Assembly (NCBI GenBank): GCA_965223665.1
Contig: OZ245011.1
Location: 1,216,001 to 1,280,000, forward strand
DNA length: 64,000 nt
DNA from: Nitrospinaceae bacterium
Lineage (GTDB): Bacteria > Nitrospinota > Nitrospinia > Nitrospinales > Nitrospinaceae
Reading direction: 5' to 3'
This document shows, in pieces, positions 20,609 through 29,005 of the stretch (its first letter is position 1; the number at the start of each line of letters is the position of its first letter). The translations under genes and the position numbers were made by a program. The notes below the pieces were generated by a model. It saw only the letters and a program-made list of their open reading frames with translations. It had not been told where the DNA came from and searched no databases.

Positions 20609-22053
20609 AAATCGTATACGCCACTTCAGAAGTCCAACCTTATGCAAAATCCGGTGGTTTAGCTGATGTGTCGTCCGCACTTCCAGGTGCGCTACATCAT
20701 CTGGGTCATGATATTCGAATTTTTTTACCAAAGTATAAATCTGTAGAATCCACTAAACAACCTATTCGCCCCCTGGGGTTAGAAATCAAAGTCCCCGTGG
20801 GAAAAAATACAATCAAGGCAACTTTGTCAGAGGGCAAACTCGACAACCAAGTTCCAATTTATTTTTTGGATCACTCACATTATTACGATAGAAATTCCTT
20901 TTATGGAGAGAGCGGCTACGATTATTCAGATAATGCGGAAAGGTTCATTTTTTTTTGTCGTGGAATTTTAGAATCTTGCAAATCTTTGGGATTTCGTCCG
21001 GATATAATTCATTGTAGTGATTGGCAAACAGGCCTTATTCCAGCCTACCTAAAAGTTCTTTACCACTCTGACCCCTTTTTCAAAAATACTAAAACTGTTT
21101 TTTCGATTCATAATTTAGGATATCAGGGAAACTTTCATGACTCCGTATTACCCATAGCTCATTTGCCATGGTCTTTATACAACCAAGAAGGGGTAGAGTT
21201 TTATGGAGAGTTTAGTTTTCTAAAAACGGGGCTCATTTTTTCAGATTCTATTACCACTGTAAGCCCTACCTATAGCAAGGAAATTCAAACTCCAGAACAT
21301 GGTTTTAGAATGGATGGAGTTTTAAGACACCGTCAAGAAAATTTGCACGGGATTTTAAATGGGGTTGAATATGAAATTTGGGACCCCGAAAAGGATTCAC
21401 ATATTCCCCAAAATTACAGTACAAAATTTCCGGCAGGTAAAAAAGAATGCAAATTAGCTTTATTAAAAAAACTAAACTTAACCCCGGATTTAAAAAAACC
21501 ATTATTTTGCATGGTTACCAGACTTTCTTCTCAAAAGGGAATCGAATTAATGGTTGAAATCCTTCCATGGCTGTTAAAGCAAAATGTCAATTTTGTTTTG
21601 TTGGGTTCTGGAGATGAATATTTTGAAAAGTTCTTTTCTGAAAAATCCCAAGAGTTTCCAAACAATATTTCATGCAACTTAGGCTTTAACGAAAAATTAG
21701 CCCATGAAATTCTAGCTGGAAGTGATTTCTTATTTATGCCCTCCCTATATGAACCTTGTGGACTTACTCAAATGTATGCCCTCCGATATGGCACAGTGCC
21801 GATTGTAAGGGCTGTAGGAGGGTTAAAGGATACTATAGAACCATTTAATTATCAGTCCGGAGAAGGAACCGGTTTTCTATTCCAATCATTTGAATTAAAA
21901 TATTTAATACAGGCTGTTCGATTAGCTCTTTTTTCTTATAAAGATCACGGCCTTTGGCGGCAATTAGTAAAAAACGGAATGTCCCGAGACAATAGTTGGT
22001 CACATTCTGCAAAGTTGTATGAAAATCTTTACAACAATATTCTTAACCATTAA
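20593..22053 (+). CDS. glgA: Glycogen synthase
   Basis: KSGGLADV, IHCSDWQT, IHNLGYQG, TVSPTY, QKG, PSLYEPCGLTQMYA. Confidence 0.96.
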   Translation: MARSLKIVYATSEVQPYAKSGGLADVSSALPGALHHLGHDIRIFLPKYKSVESTKQPIRPLGLEIKVPVGKNTIKATLSEGKLDNQVPIYFLDHSHYYDRNSFYGESGYDYSDNAERFIFFCRGILESCKSLGFRPDIIHCSDWQTGLIPAYLKVLYHSDPFFKNTKTVFSIHNLGYQGNFHDSVLPIAHLPWSLYNQEGVEFYGEFSFLKTGLIFSDSITTVSPTYSKEIQTPEHGFRMDGVLRHRQENLHGILNGVEYEIWDPEKDSHIPQNYSTKFPAGKKECKLALLKKLNLTPDLKKPLFCMVTRLSSQKGIELMVEILPWLLKQNVNFVLLGSGDEYFEKFFSEKSQEFPNNISCNLGFNEKLAHEILAGSDFLFMPSLYEPCGLTQMYALRYGTVPIVRAVGGLKDTIEPFNYQSGEGTGFLFQSFELKYLIQAVRLALFSYKDHGLWRQLVKNGMSRDNSWSHSAKLYENLYNNILNH

Positions 22054-22079
22054 TTACCCATTAACTTCAAAATTTCGCA

Positions 22080-23999
22080 ATGGACCAAGAAAGTGCCATC
22101 GGCTTAGAAATACTTAGAGAAGTTGCACGGATTTCCAGTTCCACTCTTGATCTTGATGAAATTTTAAACAAGACCATTGAAGTCATTAAAAGTCGAATGC
22201 GTATGGATGCATGCTCCATTTATTTAATGGATATTGAGGGAGAAGAACCTCGATTAAAATTGAGAGGTTCAAGCGGATTCCCCGAACAACAAGCTAAACA
22301 AATCTACCTTAAACCTGGAGCAGGTATAACTGGGTGGGTAGCGGAAAATAAGTCCACACTTGCTTTAAGTGATGCCATCAAGGATCCTCGGTTCGTTTAT
22401 TTTCCTGAAATTGAAGAAGAAAGATTCCCTTCTATGCTTTCCGTTCCTTTGATTGACCAGGAAGACTGCATAGGAGTTATAAATGTTCACACAAAGGATT
22501 CCAGGAAATTCAATCGCACTGAAGTCACCATTTTAGAAACTATTTCCGGCCAAATGACCGGTTGTATAAGAAACGCTATTGCCTACAGCAAAAGTCAACT
22601 GTTATTAAAAGAGCAAACATTACTTTATGATATCAGCATGGCGGTTCAAGAAACTTCCCAATTGGATCAAAGGTTATGGATTTTACTAACTGGAATGACT
22701 TTAGGCGGAGGGGGAGGTTTTAATCGAGCCATATTATTTTTGGTAGATGAAGGTGAATCATTTTTAAAAGGAAGTATTGGATTAGGCCCTGACTCTAATG
22801 AAGATGCTCAACAAATTTGGTCCAATTTAGAAAGTCAAAAAGAAGGAGCTTTGAAATGGATTTTAGGCCAGCCTGATAGAAATAAGTACCAACAATCAAC
22901 CTTTCACCATTTTGCTCAATCCCTTAGTATCCCTTTAGAACACTCTAAACATATTGTTTCCGAAACAGCCCTGCAAAAACGACCCTTTATTATACAAGAT
23001 GCTTCAAAGGATCCTTTGGTTCCTAAAGATTTTGCAACGTCTCTTGGGGTAAATCAATTTGCTACAGTGCCAATAATGCCACAACAAGAAGTGTTGGGAG
23101 TTGTCCTTGTGGACAATCGATACAACAATGAACCCATTACCGACTCAAAAATTCATTTATTAATAAGGCTGTCCACACATATGGGATGGGTTTTAGAGAA
23201 CTCTCGGTTAATTTCTAAATTATTAGAGTCCAATCGAGAACTATTATCGACAAAAGAACTCCTGATTCAGTCTGAAAAGTTAGCAGCGTTGGGGGAGCTT
23301 TCGGCAGAAGTCGCTCATGAAATAAAAAATCCTCTGGTATCGATCGGAGGTTTTTCTAGAAGATTACAGAGTCAATTAACAAAAATTTCAAAACAAAGGA
23401 ATGCCATAGATTCAATAGATAGTTTAGTCGGCTATTCCAATATAATTGTGGGTGAAGTGCAAAGGCTGGAAACCATACTAAAAAATATTCTTCTTTTTTC
23501 AAAATCAGATTCATTAAATTTCGAAGATTGCCCTCCCTACGAATTGGTTCAAGAAGTAGTTCAATTATTCGAAATTGACTCTAGAGAAAAAAATATCCCA
23601 ATCCAAAATAAAATCTCTGAAAACTTGCCTTCCATAAAGGTTGACCTCAAAAGGATCAAACAAGTATTAATAAATATATTTTTTAATTCATTCGAATCCA
23701 TGCCGCAGGGTGGTCAAATTAATGTTTCCTCTTTGCTCCCTACTTCGATTCAAGGGGAAGAAATGTTAGGGATCATAATCACTGATACTGGTATAGGAAT
23801 CGACCCTGAAACTTTTCAAAATATTTTTAATCCATTTTTTACAACCAAAGAGTCTGGAACAGGTCTTGGACTGTCCATTTCTCGAAAAATAATGGAAAGT
23901 CATAAAGGTTATTTAGAGGTAAAGAATAACTATCCTAATGGGGTGTCCGTATATTTGTATTTCCCGTTGCAAAAATCCACTGAATGTAATAAAAATTAG
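22080..23999 (+). CDS. Cytoplasmic GAF-GAF sensor histidine kinase
   Basis: Two GAF-like segments; EVAHEIKNPL H-box; DTGIGI, FNPFFTTK, GTGLGL. Confidence 0.94.
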   Translation: MDQESAIGLEILREVARISSSTLDLDEILNKTIEVIKSRMRMDACSIYLMDIEGEEPRLKLRGSSGFPEQQAKQIYLKPGAGITGWVAENKSTLALSDAIKDPRFVYFPEIEEERFPSMLSVPLIDQEDCIGVINVHTKDSRKFNRTEVTILETISGQMTGCIRNAIAYSKSQLLLKEQTLLYDISMAVQETSQLDQRLWILLTGMTLGGGGGFNRAILFLVDEGESFLKGSIGLGPDSNEDAQQIWSNLESQKEGALKWILGQPDRNKYQQSTFHHFAQSLSIPLEHSKHIVSETALQKRPFIIQDASKDPLVPKDFATSLGVNQFATVPIMPQQEVLGVVLVDNRYNNEPITDSKIHLLIRLSTHMGWVLENSRLISKLLESNRELLSTKELLIQSEKLAALGELSAEVAHEIKNPLVSIGGFSRRLQSQLTKISKQRNAIDSIDSLVGYSNIIVGEVQRLETILKNILLFSKSDSLNFEDCPPYELVQEVVQLFEIDSREKNIPIQNKISENLPSIKVDLKRIKQVLINIFFNSFESMPQGGQINVSSLLPTSIQGEEMLGIIITDTGIGIDPETFQNIFNPFFTTKESGTGLGLSISRKIMESHKGYLEVKNNYPNGVSVYLYFPLQKSTECNKN

Positions 24000-24064
24000 A
24001 GACTAATCTACCAAACCGATAGATTGGTAGTATCATAATTTTTCCAATAAAAATTGATTCACAA

Positions 24065-24433
24065 TTGGAGTCTAGTTTGAAAAAAATCCTGGTAGTAGAT
24101 GATGAAGATAATATCAGGCTTCTTTATAAAGAAGAACTTCAAGATGACGGGTACGATGTAACCTGTGCCAAGAATGCTGAAGAAGCTCTTAAAATGATCG
24201 AAATAAATGAGCCCGATTTGATTACACTGGATATCAAAATGCCAGGAATGAACGGAATCGAATTCCTACAAAAATTAAAAGCCACCAAAAAGCATATTCC
24301 GGTAATTTTGTGTTCCGCTTATGGAAGCTATAAACAAGATTTTCAGGTTTGGGCCTCTGAGGCATATGTTGTAAAATCCGCCGATCTTCGAGAATTGAAA
24401 TTAACCATTAAAGAAATATTGAGCTATCCCTAA
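24065..24433 (+). CDS. Single-domain response regulator
   Basis: ILVVDDE, LDIKMPGMNG, SAY, VKS; TTG start. Confidence 0.93.
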   Translation: MESSLKKILVVDDEDNIRLLYKEELQDDGYDVTCAKNAEEALKMIEINEPDLITLDIKMPGMNGIEFLQKLKATKKHIPVILCSAYGSYKQDFQVWASEAYVVKSADLRELKLTIKEILSYP

Positions 24434-24490
24434 TTCATTTGTAAATATTGCGAAGGATCCACCAAAACCACAAAAATATGAGAAACTTAA

Positions 24491-25129
24491 ATGAGTGAAC
24501 CTCGTTTTATAGCCATTGAAGGTGCAATAGGTGCCGGGAAAACCACCTTAGCAAAGTTATTATCCAAACATTTTAATGCAAAACTGGTCTTAGAAATGGA
24601 AACGGAGAACCCCTTCATCAGCAAGTTTTATGAAGATCGAGAAGCCTACGCATTTCAAACGCAGGTTTTTTTTTTACTAAGCCGGTATAAACAATACCAA
24701 GATTTGGCTCAAATTGATCTTTTTAACTCTGTGGTTATTACCGACTATTTATTTCAAAGAGATATGGTTTTTGCCAAATTAAACTTAACCGATCAAGAAT
24801 TTCATTTATATGAACAACTTTATCAACTAATTCAAATTAAACTTCCAAAACCCGATTTGGTAATTTTCCTTCAAGCTGGAACTCCCACCCTGAGTGCCCG
24901 TGTCGAAAAAAGAGGGAGAGATTATGAGCGATACATGGAATACTCTTATATGGAAGAGGTAAATGGAGCGTTCAATAATTTTTTCTTCTACTATACCGAA
25001 ACTCCCCTCCTGGTAGTAAACACAAATGGAATTGATATTGTGGAAAAAAAAATTGACCTTCAGGAGTTGATTCATAAAATCAATAATCATACAATAGGCC
25101 GTGAATATTATAATCCGCTTGGATCCTGA
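24491..25129 (+). CDS. Deoxynucleoside kinase
   Basis: IAIEGAIGAGKTT P-loop, QVFFLLSR, KPDLVIFL, RGRDYE. Confidence 0.93.
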   Translation: MSEPRFIAIEGAIGAGKTTLAKLLSKHFNAKLVLEMETENPFISKFYEDREAYAFQTQVFFLLSRYKQYQDLAQIDLFNSVVITDYLFQRDMVFAKLNLTDQEFHLYEQLYQLIQIKLPKPDLVIFLQAGTPTLSARVEKRGRDYERYMEYSYMEEVNGAFNNFFFYYTETPLLVVNTNGIDIVEKKIDLQELIHKINNHTIGREYYNPLGS

Positions 25130-25136
25130 AAAGACC

Positions 25137-25276
25137 GGGACGGAGTGACCTAGTTAAAGATTAATTATTGCAATTGGGAGAAGACCAGAAATTTTGGCTT
25201 CGAACCCGGAAGAAAATCTTTTAAATTTTAGGACCCCTCCGTGCCCACCGATTTTAACGGCGGGCTTTTTATTTTT
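25137..25276 (+). ncRNA. Cis-regulatory leader of panBCD resembling the pan RNA motif (attenuator)
   Basis: Hairpin GGG-A-GAAG-A-CCAG...TTGG-CTTC-GAA-CCC with extra A residues on the 5' arm, enclosed by a long stem (GGGACGGAG/CTCCGTGCCC) that overlaps a terminator; directly upstream of panB. Confidence 0.68.
25243..25276 (+). terminator. Intrinsic terminator in panB leader
   Basis: GCCCACCG-loop-CGGCGGGC followed by TTTTTATTTTT. Confidence 0.8.
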
Positions 25277-25334
25277 AATTGTTTTTCAACAAACAGCCTT
25301 CCTCTTTTCAGATCAAGCCAACCTTAAAAAAATT

Positions 25335-26183
25335 ATGAATAACAAAAAGGTCACTATTCCAAAATTAATGGAATGGAAAAAAATCAATAAAAAATCTGTG
25401 GCTTTAACAGCATATGATTTTACTTTTGCTCGATTTATTGATGAGGCTGAGATAGATATTGTTTTGGTGGGCGATTCGCTAGGCATGGTCTCATTAGGCT
25501 ACGAAAACACCCTTCCAGTAACTATGGATGAAATGATCCATCATACCAAGGCAGTTAAAAGAGCATTGAGCAAAGCTCTTCTGGTCGGAGACATGCCTTT
25601 CATGTCTTACCAGGTTTCTGTAGAAGAAGCCATTCGAAATGCGGGTCGATTTATTCAGGAGGGGGGTGCAGAGGCCGTAAAAATTGAGGGTGGGGTTCGA
25701 GTGCTTCCTCAGGTAAGGAGTGTAGTGGATGCCGGAATATCAGTTATGGGACATGTCGGATTGACCCCGCAATCAGTTCATCAATTTGGAGGATATAAAG
25801 TCCAAGGAAAAGACATATTGGATGGGAAAAAAATAAAGAAAGATGCCATGGAACTTCAAAAGGCGGGAGTATTTGCCATTGTTTTAGAGGGAATTCCAAT
25901 GGAGTTAGCAGAAGAAATTACTAAATCTTTGGTTATACCTACTATTGGAATTGGCGCAGGGCCGCATTGTGATGGGCAAATATTGGTTACTCAAGATTTG
26001 CTTGGAATGAATAAAGATTTTATTCCAAAATTCGTAAAACATTATGCACAGCTTGGAGATACTATTGAATCGGCCTTAAATCAATATGCGAGTGAAGTCC
26101 AAAACGGGCAATTTCCAGAAAATAAACACTCTTATTTTTTACCTAAGAAAAAACTCAAAAAAGTTTCTCAGGAAAAAAGGTAA
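25335..26183 (+). CDS. panB: 3-methyl-2-oxobutanoate hydroxymethyltransferase
   Basis: LTAYD, LVGDSLGM, DMPF, VKIEGG, GHVGLTPQ, IGIGAG; start moved to ATG 25335 because the upstream in-frame stretch is the RNA leader. Confidence 0.97.
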   Translation: MNNKKVTIPKLMEWKKINKKSVALTAYDFTFARFIDEAEIDIVLVGDSLGMVSLGYENTLPVTMDEMIHHTKAVKRALSKALLVGDMPFMSYQVSVEEAIRNAGRFIQEGGAEAVKIEGGVRVLPQVRSVVDAGISVMGHVGLTPQSVHQFGGYKVQGKDILDGKKIKKDAMELQKAGVFAIVLEGIPMELAEEITKSLVIPTIGIGAGPHCDGQILVTQDLLGMNKDFIPKFVKHYAQLGDTIESALNQYASEVQNGQFPENKHSYFLPKKKLKKVSQEKR

Positions 26184-26204
26184 AAATATTTGGAGCTAAA
26201 TTTT

Positions 26205-27077
26205 ATGGAAGTCATTAAATCAATTGAGGAAATGAAAAAGTGGTCTTATTTCAAAAATGCACAAAGCCAAAAAATTGGTTTTGTACCAACCATGGGTTGC
26301 CTTCACGAAGGGCATCTCAGTTTGGTAAAGCGATCTCTGCAAGACTGCGACAGCACAGTGGTCAGCATTTATGTAAATCCTGCACAATTTGGTCCTACGG
26401 AGGATTTAGATAGCTACCCGTCCTCCTTGGAAGAAGATTTGGCTCAATTACAAAGTCTTGGAGTTGATGTGGTATTTTTACCTACTTCAGAAAGCATGTA
26501 TCCCAAAGGTTATAAAAGTTACGTTCATGTAGAGAAAATTACTGAGCACCTTTGTGGAAAAAGTCGACCTGGATTTTTTCGGGGGGTAGCCACAATCGTA
26601 TTAAAGCTTTTTAATATTGTACGGCCTCATACCGCTTTTTTTGGAGAAAAAGACCGTCAACAATTAGAAGTCATAAGAGTAATGGTCAAAGATTTGAATT
26701 TAGACATAAATATAGTAGGTTTGCCCATTGTAAGGGAAAAAGATGGTCTAGCTAAAAGTTCACGCAATGTTTATTTGAATAAGCGTGATCGTATTTCTGC
26801 TGGTGTTTTGCCTAAAGCGCTTAATGCCGCAAAAGATCTTTTTGAAGGTGGAGAACTTTCTGCAAAAAAAATTCATGATAAAATTCGACATATCATTCAC
26901 AGTGAACCCAATACCCGAATTGACTATGTCTCAATTTGTGATCCAAAAGAGTTTTTTTCAATAAATGAAATTACAGGAAATGCACTCGTGGCTTTAGCCG
27001 TTCATGTAGGAAAAGCCCGATTAATTGACAACTACTTATATGAGAAGAAAAATGCAAAAAATAATGTTATCAGCTAA
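26205..27077 (+). CDS. panC: Pantoate-beta-alanine ligase
   Basis: FVPTMGCLHEGH, VNPAQF, SRPGFF, FGEKD, SSRN, RLIDN; ATG after GGAG. Confidence 0.97.
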   Translation: MEVIKSIEEMKKWSYFKNAQSQKIGFVPTMGCLHEGHLSLVKRSLQDCDSTVVSIYVNPAQFGPTEDLDSYPSSLEEDLAQLQSLGVDVVFLPTSESMYPKGYKSYVHVEKITEHLCGKSRPGFFRGVATIVLKLFNIVRPHTAFFGEKDRQQLEVIRVMVKDLNLDINIVGLPIVREKDGLAKSSRNVYLNKRDRISAGVLPKALNAAKDLFEGGELSAKKIHDKIRHIIHSEPNTRIDYVSICDPKEFFSINEITGNALVALAVHVGKARLIDNYLYEKKNAKNNVIS

Positions 27078-27429
27078 ATTGCATAGAGCTACCGTAACAG
27101 ATAGAGATATTGATTATGAAGGAAGTATCGAAATTGATGAAATGTTAATGGAAGAAGTTGGGCTTTCATCATATGAGCAAGTCCATATTTATGATATTAA
27201 TAATGGAAATCGCTTTATAACCTATGTTATTCCCGGAGAGAGAGGAAGCGGTAAAATTTCTGTAAATGGGGCTGCCGCAAGAATGGTAGAGAGAAATGAT
27301 CGCATCATTATTGCGGCTTATGGTATTATAAATGTTGAAAATGAAGACAATTATCAACCTCGGGTTATCCTTTTAAATGAAAGCAATGAGATTGTTGAAA
27401 AACAGGGTGCCTTAGCTTTTACTTCCTAA
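27052..27429 (+). CDS. panD: Aspartate 1-decarboxylase
   Basis: KLHRATVT, YEGS self-cleavage site, NGNRFITY, NGAAAR. Confidence 0.97.
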   Translation: MQKIMLSAKLHRATVTDRDIDYEGSIEIDEMLMEEVGLSSYEQVHIYDINNGNRFITYVIPGERGSGKISVNGAAARMVERNDRIIIAAYGIINVENEDNYQPRVILLNESNEIVEKQGALAFTS

Positions 27430-27437
27430 AATTATTT

Positions 27438-28205
27438 ATGACCGAATTTTTCTGGACTTTATCTTTAATCTTCACTATTTGGATGTGCTTCGATTGCATT
27501 AATCGTAAGGAACATTTTGTTTGGATTATTTTAATGATTGTATTGAGCTATCCTATTCCAATTGGAGCTTTGGCTTATTATTTTTCTGTCAAAAGCAAAA
27601 CTCCAAGCAAAGGGATGGGAAATGTAAAAATATTCCAATCATCACCCCCTAAGGAGGTAGAGACGGAAGAGTCTTTGCAGTTAAAAGATTTAATAAATAA
27701 GTTTCATAAACCTTATCACTATGAAAAACTAGGAACTCTATACTTAGAAAAACGACAATATGAACAAGCCATTTCACCATTCAAGGAAGCAATTCAACGT
27801 GACCCAGAATTAACCGAAGCTCGTTATGGTTTAGCCAAATCTTTACATGGTTTAGGAAGACATGCAGAAGCTGCTGAAATTTTGGAAGAGTTGATTAAAA
27901 TAAATAAAAAATACGACTATGGCAATGCAATTTTCGGCCTAGCTGAATGTTACCGTCTTTCGGGTCAAGAGGAAAAGGCCTTAGAAACTTATGAAGCGGT
28001 GATCAACTCGTATCATTTTTTCAAAGCTTACTATCATTACGCACGTTTATTAGATAAACGTGGAAAAAAACAAGAAGCCATTGACCACATGAAAAGCATT
28101 ATTGGATCTTCTAAAGACTTACCGGAATACAAACTTGAGAAAGAACGGCATTGGATAGAGGAAGCTTATAAATTCCTTAAAAAGAATGGCGTCGAACTAG
28201 CCTAG
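27438..28205 (+). CDS. Membrane-anchored TPR protein
   Basis: Two N-terminal TM helices then about four TPRs; 8 nt after panD. Confidence 0.85.
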   Translation: MTEFFWTLSLIFTIWMCFDCINRKEHFVWIILMIVLSYPIPIGALAYYFSVKSKTPSKGMGNVKIFQSSPPKEVETEESLQLKDLINKFHKPYHYEKLGTLYLEKRQYEQAISPFKEAIQRDPELTEARYGLAKSLHGLGRHAEAAEILEELIKINKKYDYGNAIFGLAECYRLSGQEEKALETYEAVINSYHFFKAYYHYARLLDKRGKKQEAIDHMKSIIGSSKDLPEYKLEKERHWIEEAYKFLKKNGVELA

Positions 28206-28402
28206 CTCTTGCAGCAACCTTACCCTTTGTAAAAAGCCCCCTTCCTTATTTTTTAAATTTATAGTTATCATTGTGATACCATTTTTAAAAAAAATGGGTT
28301 AGAATCCGTTCCTTAATATTTTGACACCGCTATTTTCCTACCCGGTTAGGGACTTTACAGTTTACATATTAAAGAGTTGATATTAGAAAGGAAGTTCTTT
28401 TT

Positions 28403-28951
28403 ATGACAATTTTGGCGGAAAATTTAAAAACGATCCGAAAGCGTCTTAAATGCACTCAAATGGCAATCTCAGATGTACTTGACATCGGTTTTAGAACATA
28501 CGTTCGCTATGAAGCAGGGGAAAGAGACGCTCCAGTTTCCGTGCTTATAAAAATTGCCAAATTAGGCAATATCACTTTAGACAGACTTTTAACCACTAAA
28601 CTTTCAACGGACGGGTTAAAGCTTTCGGACCAGGAAACTATTCCTATAAAAGCAGACAACGCTGAAGTCATTAGTGGCTCATTAAAGGAAGGACGGCTAG
28701 CATTTAAAGGTATTAAAGAAGACTTCTCTGTCACCACGTCCGTGGCAGAAAGAAAGCTTCTTAGTCATTTCAGAAAGCTGAATGCCTCTTCACAGAAAAA
28801 ATGTATAAAAGATTTAGAAACTGTTATTGAAGCCAGCAAAAATTCGAATGGCTTTCAAATGAAAGTTTCAAAAAAATCTCAAAAAGTAAAAAATACCAAG
28901 AAACTGAAAAAAATGGCCAAATCCATCAAAAAAATAACAGTTAAAGGTTAG
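28403..28951 (+). CDS. XRE/Cro-type HTH transcriptional regulator with Lys-rich tail
   Basis: ENLKTIRK...TQMAISDVLDIGFRTYVRYEAGERD. Confidence 0.88.
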   Translation: MTILAENLKTIRKRLKCTQMAISDVLDIGFRTYVRYEAGERDAPVSVLIKIAKLGNITLDRLLTTKLSTDGLKLSDQETIPIKADNAEVISGSLKEGRLAFKGIKEDFSVTTSVAERKLLSHFRKLNASSQKKCIKDLETVIEASKNSNGFQMKVSKKSQKVKNTKKLKKMAKSIKKITVKG

Positions 28952-29005
28952 ATAAAAAATAAATATCTAATTGAGGTTTTAATAAGTAGGGGAGACTACA
29001 ATAAT

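Noticed and set aside
25137-25246. 6S RNA (rod with central bubble)
   Set aside because: Only about 110 nt, and its closing stem overlaps a terminator directly before panB; a cis-attenuator fits better
25194-25334. 47-aa N-terminal extension of PanB in the ORF track
   Set aside because: Runs through the RNA structure and terminator; PanB similarity starts at ATG 25335
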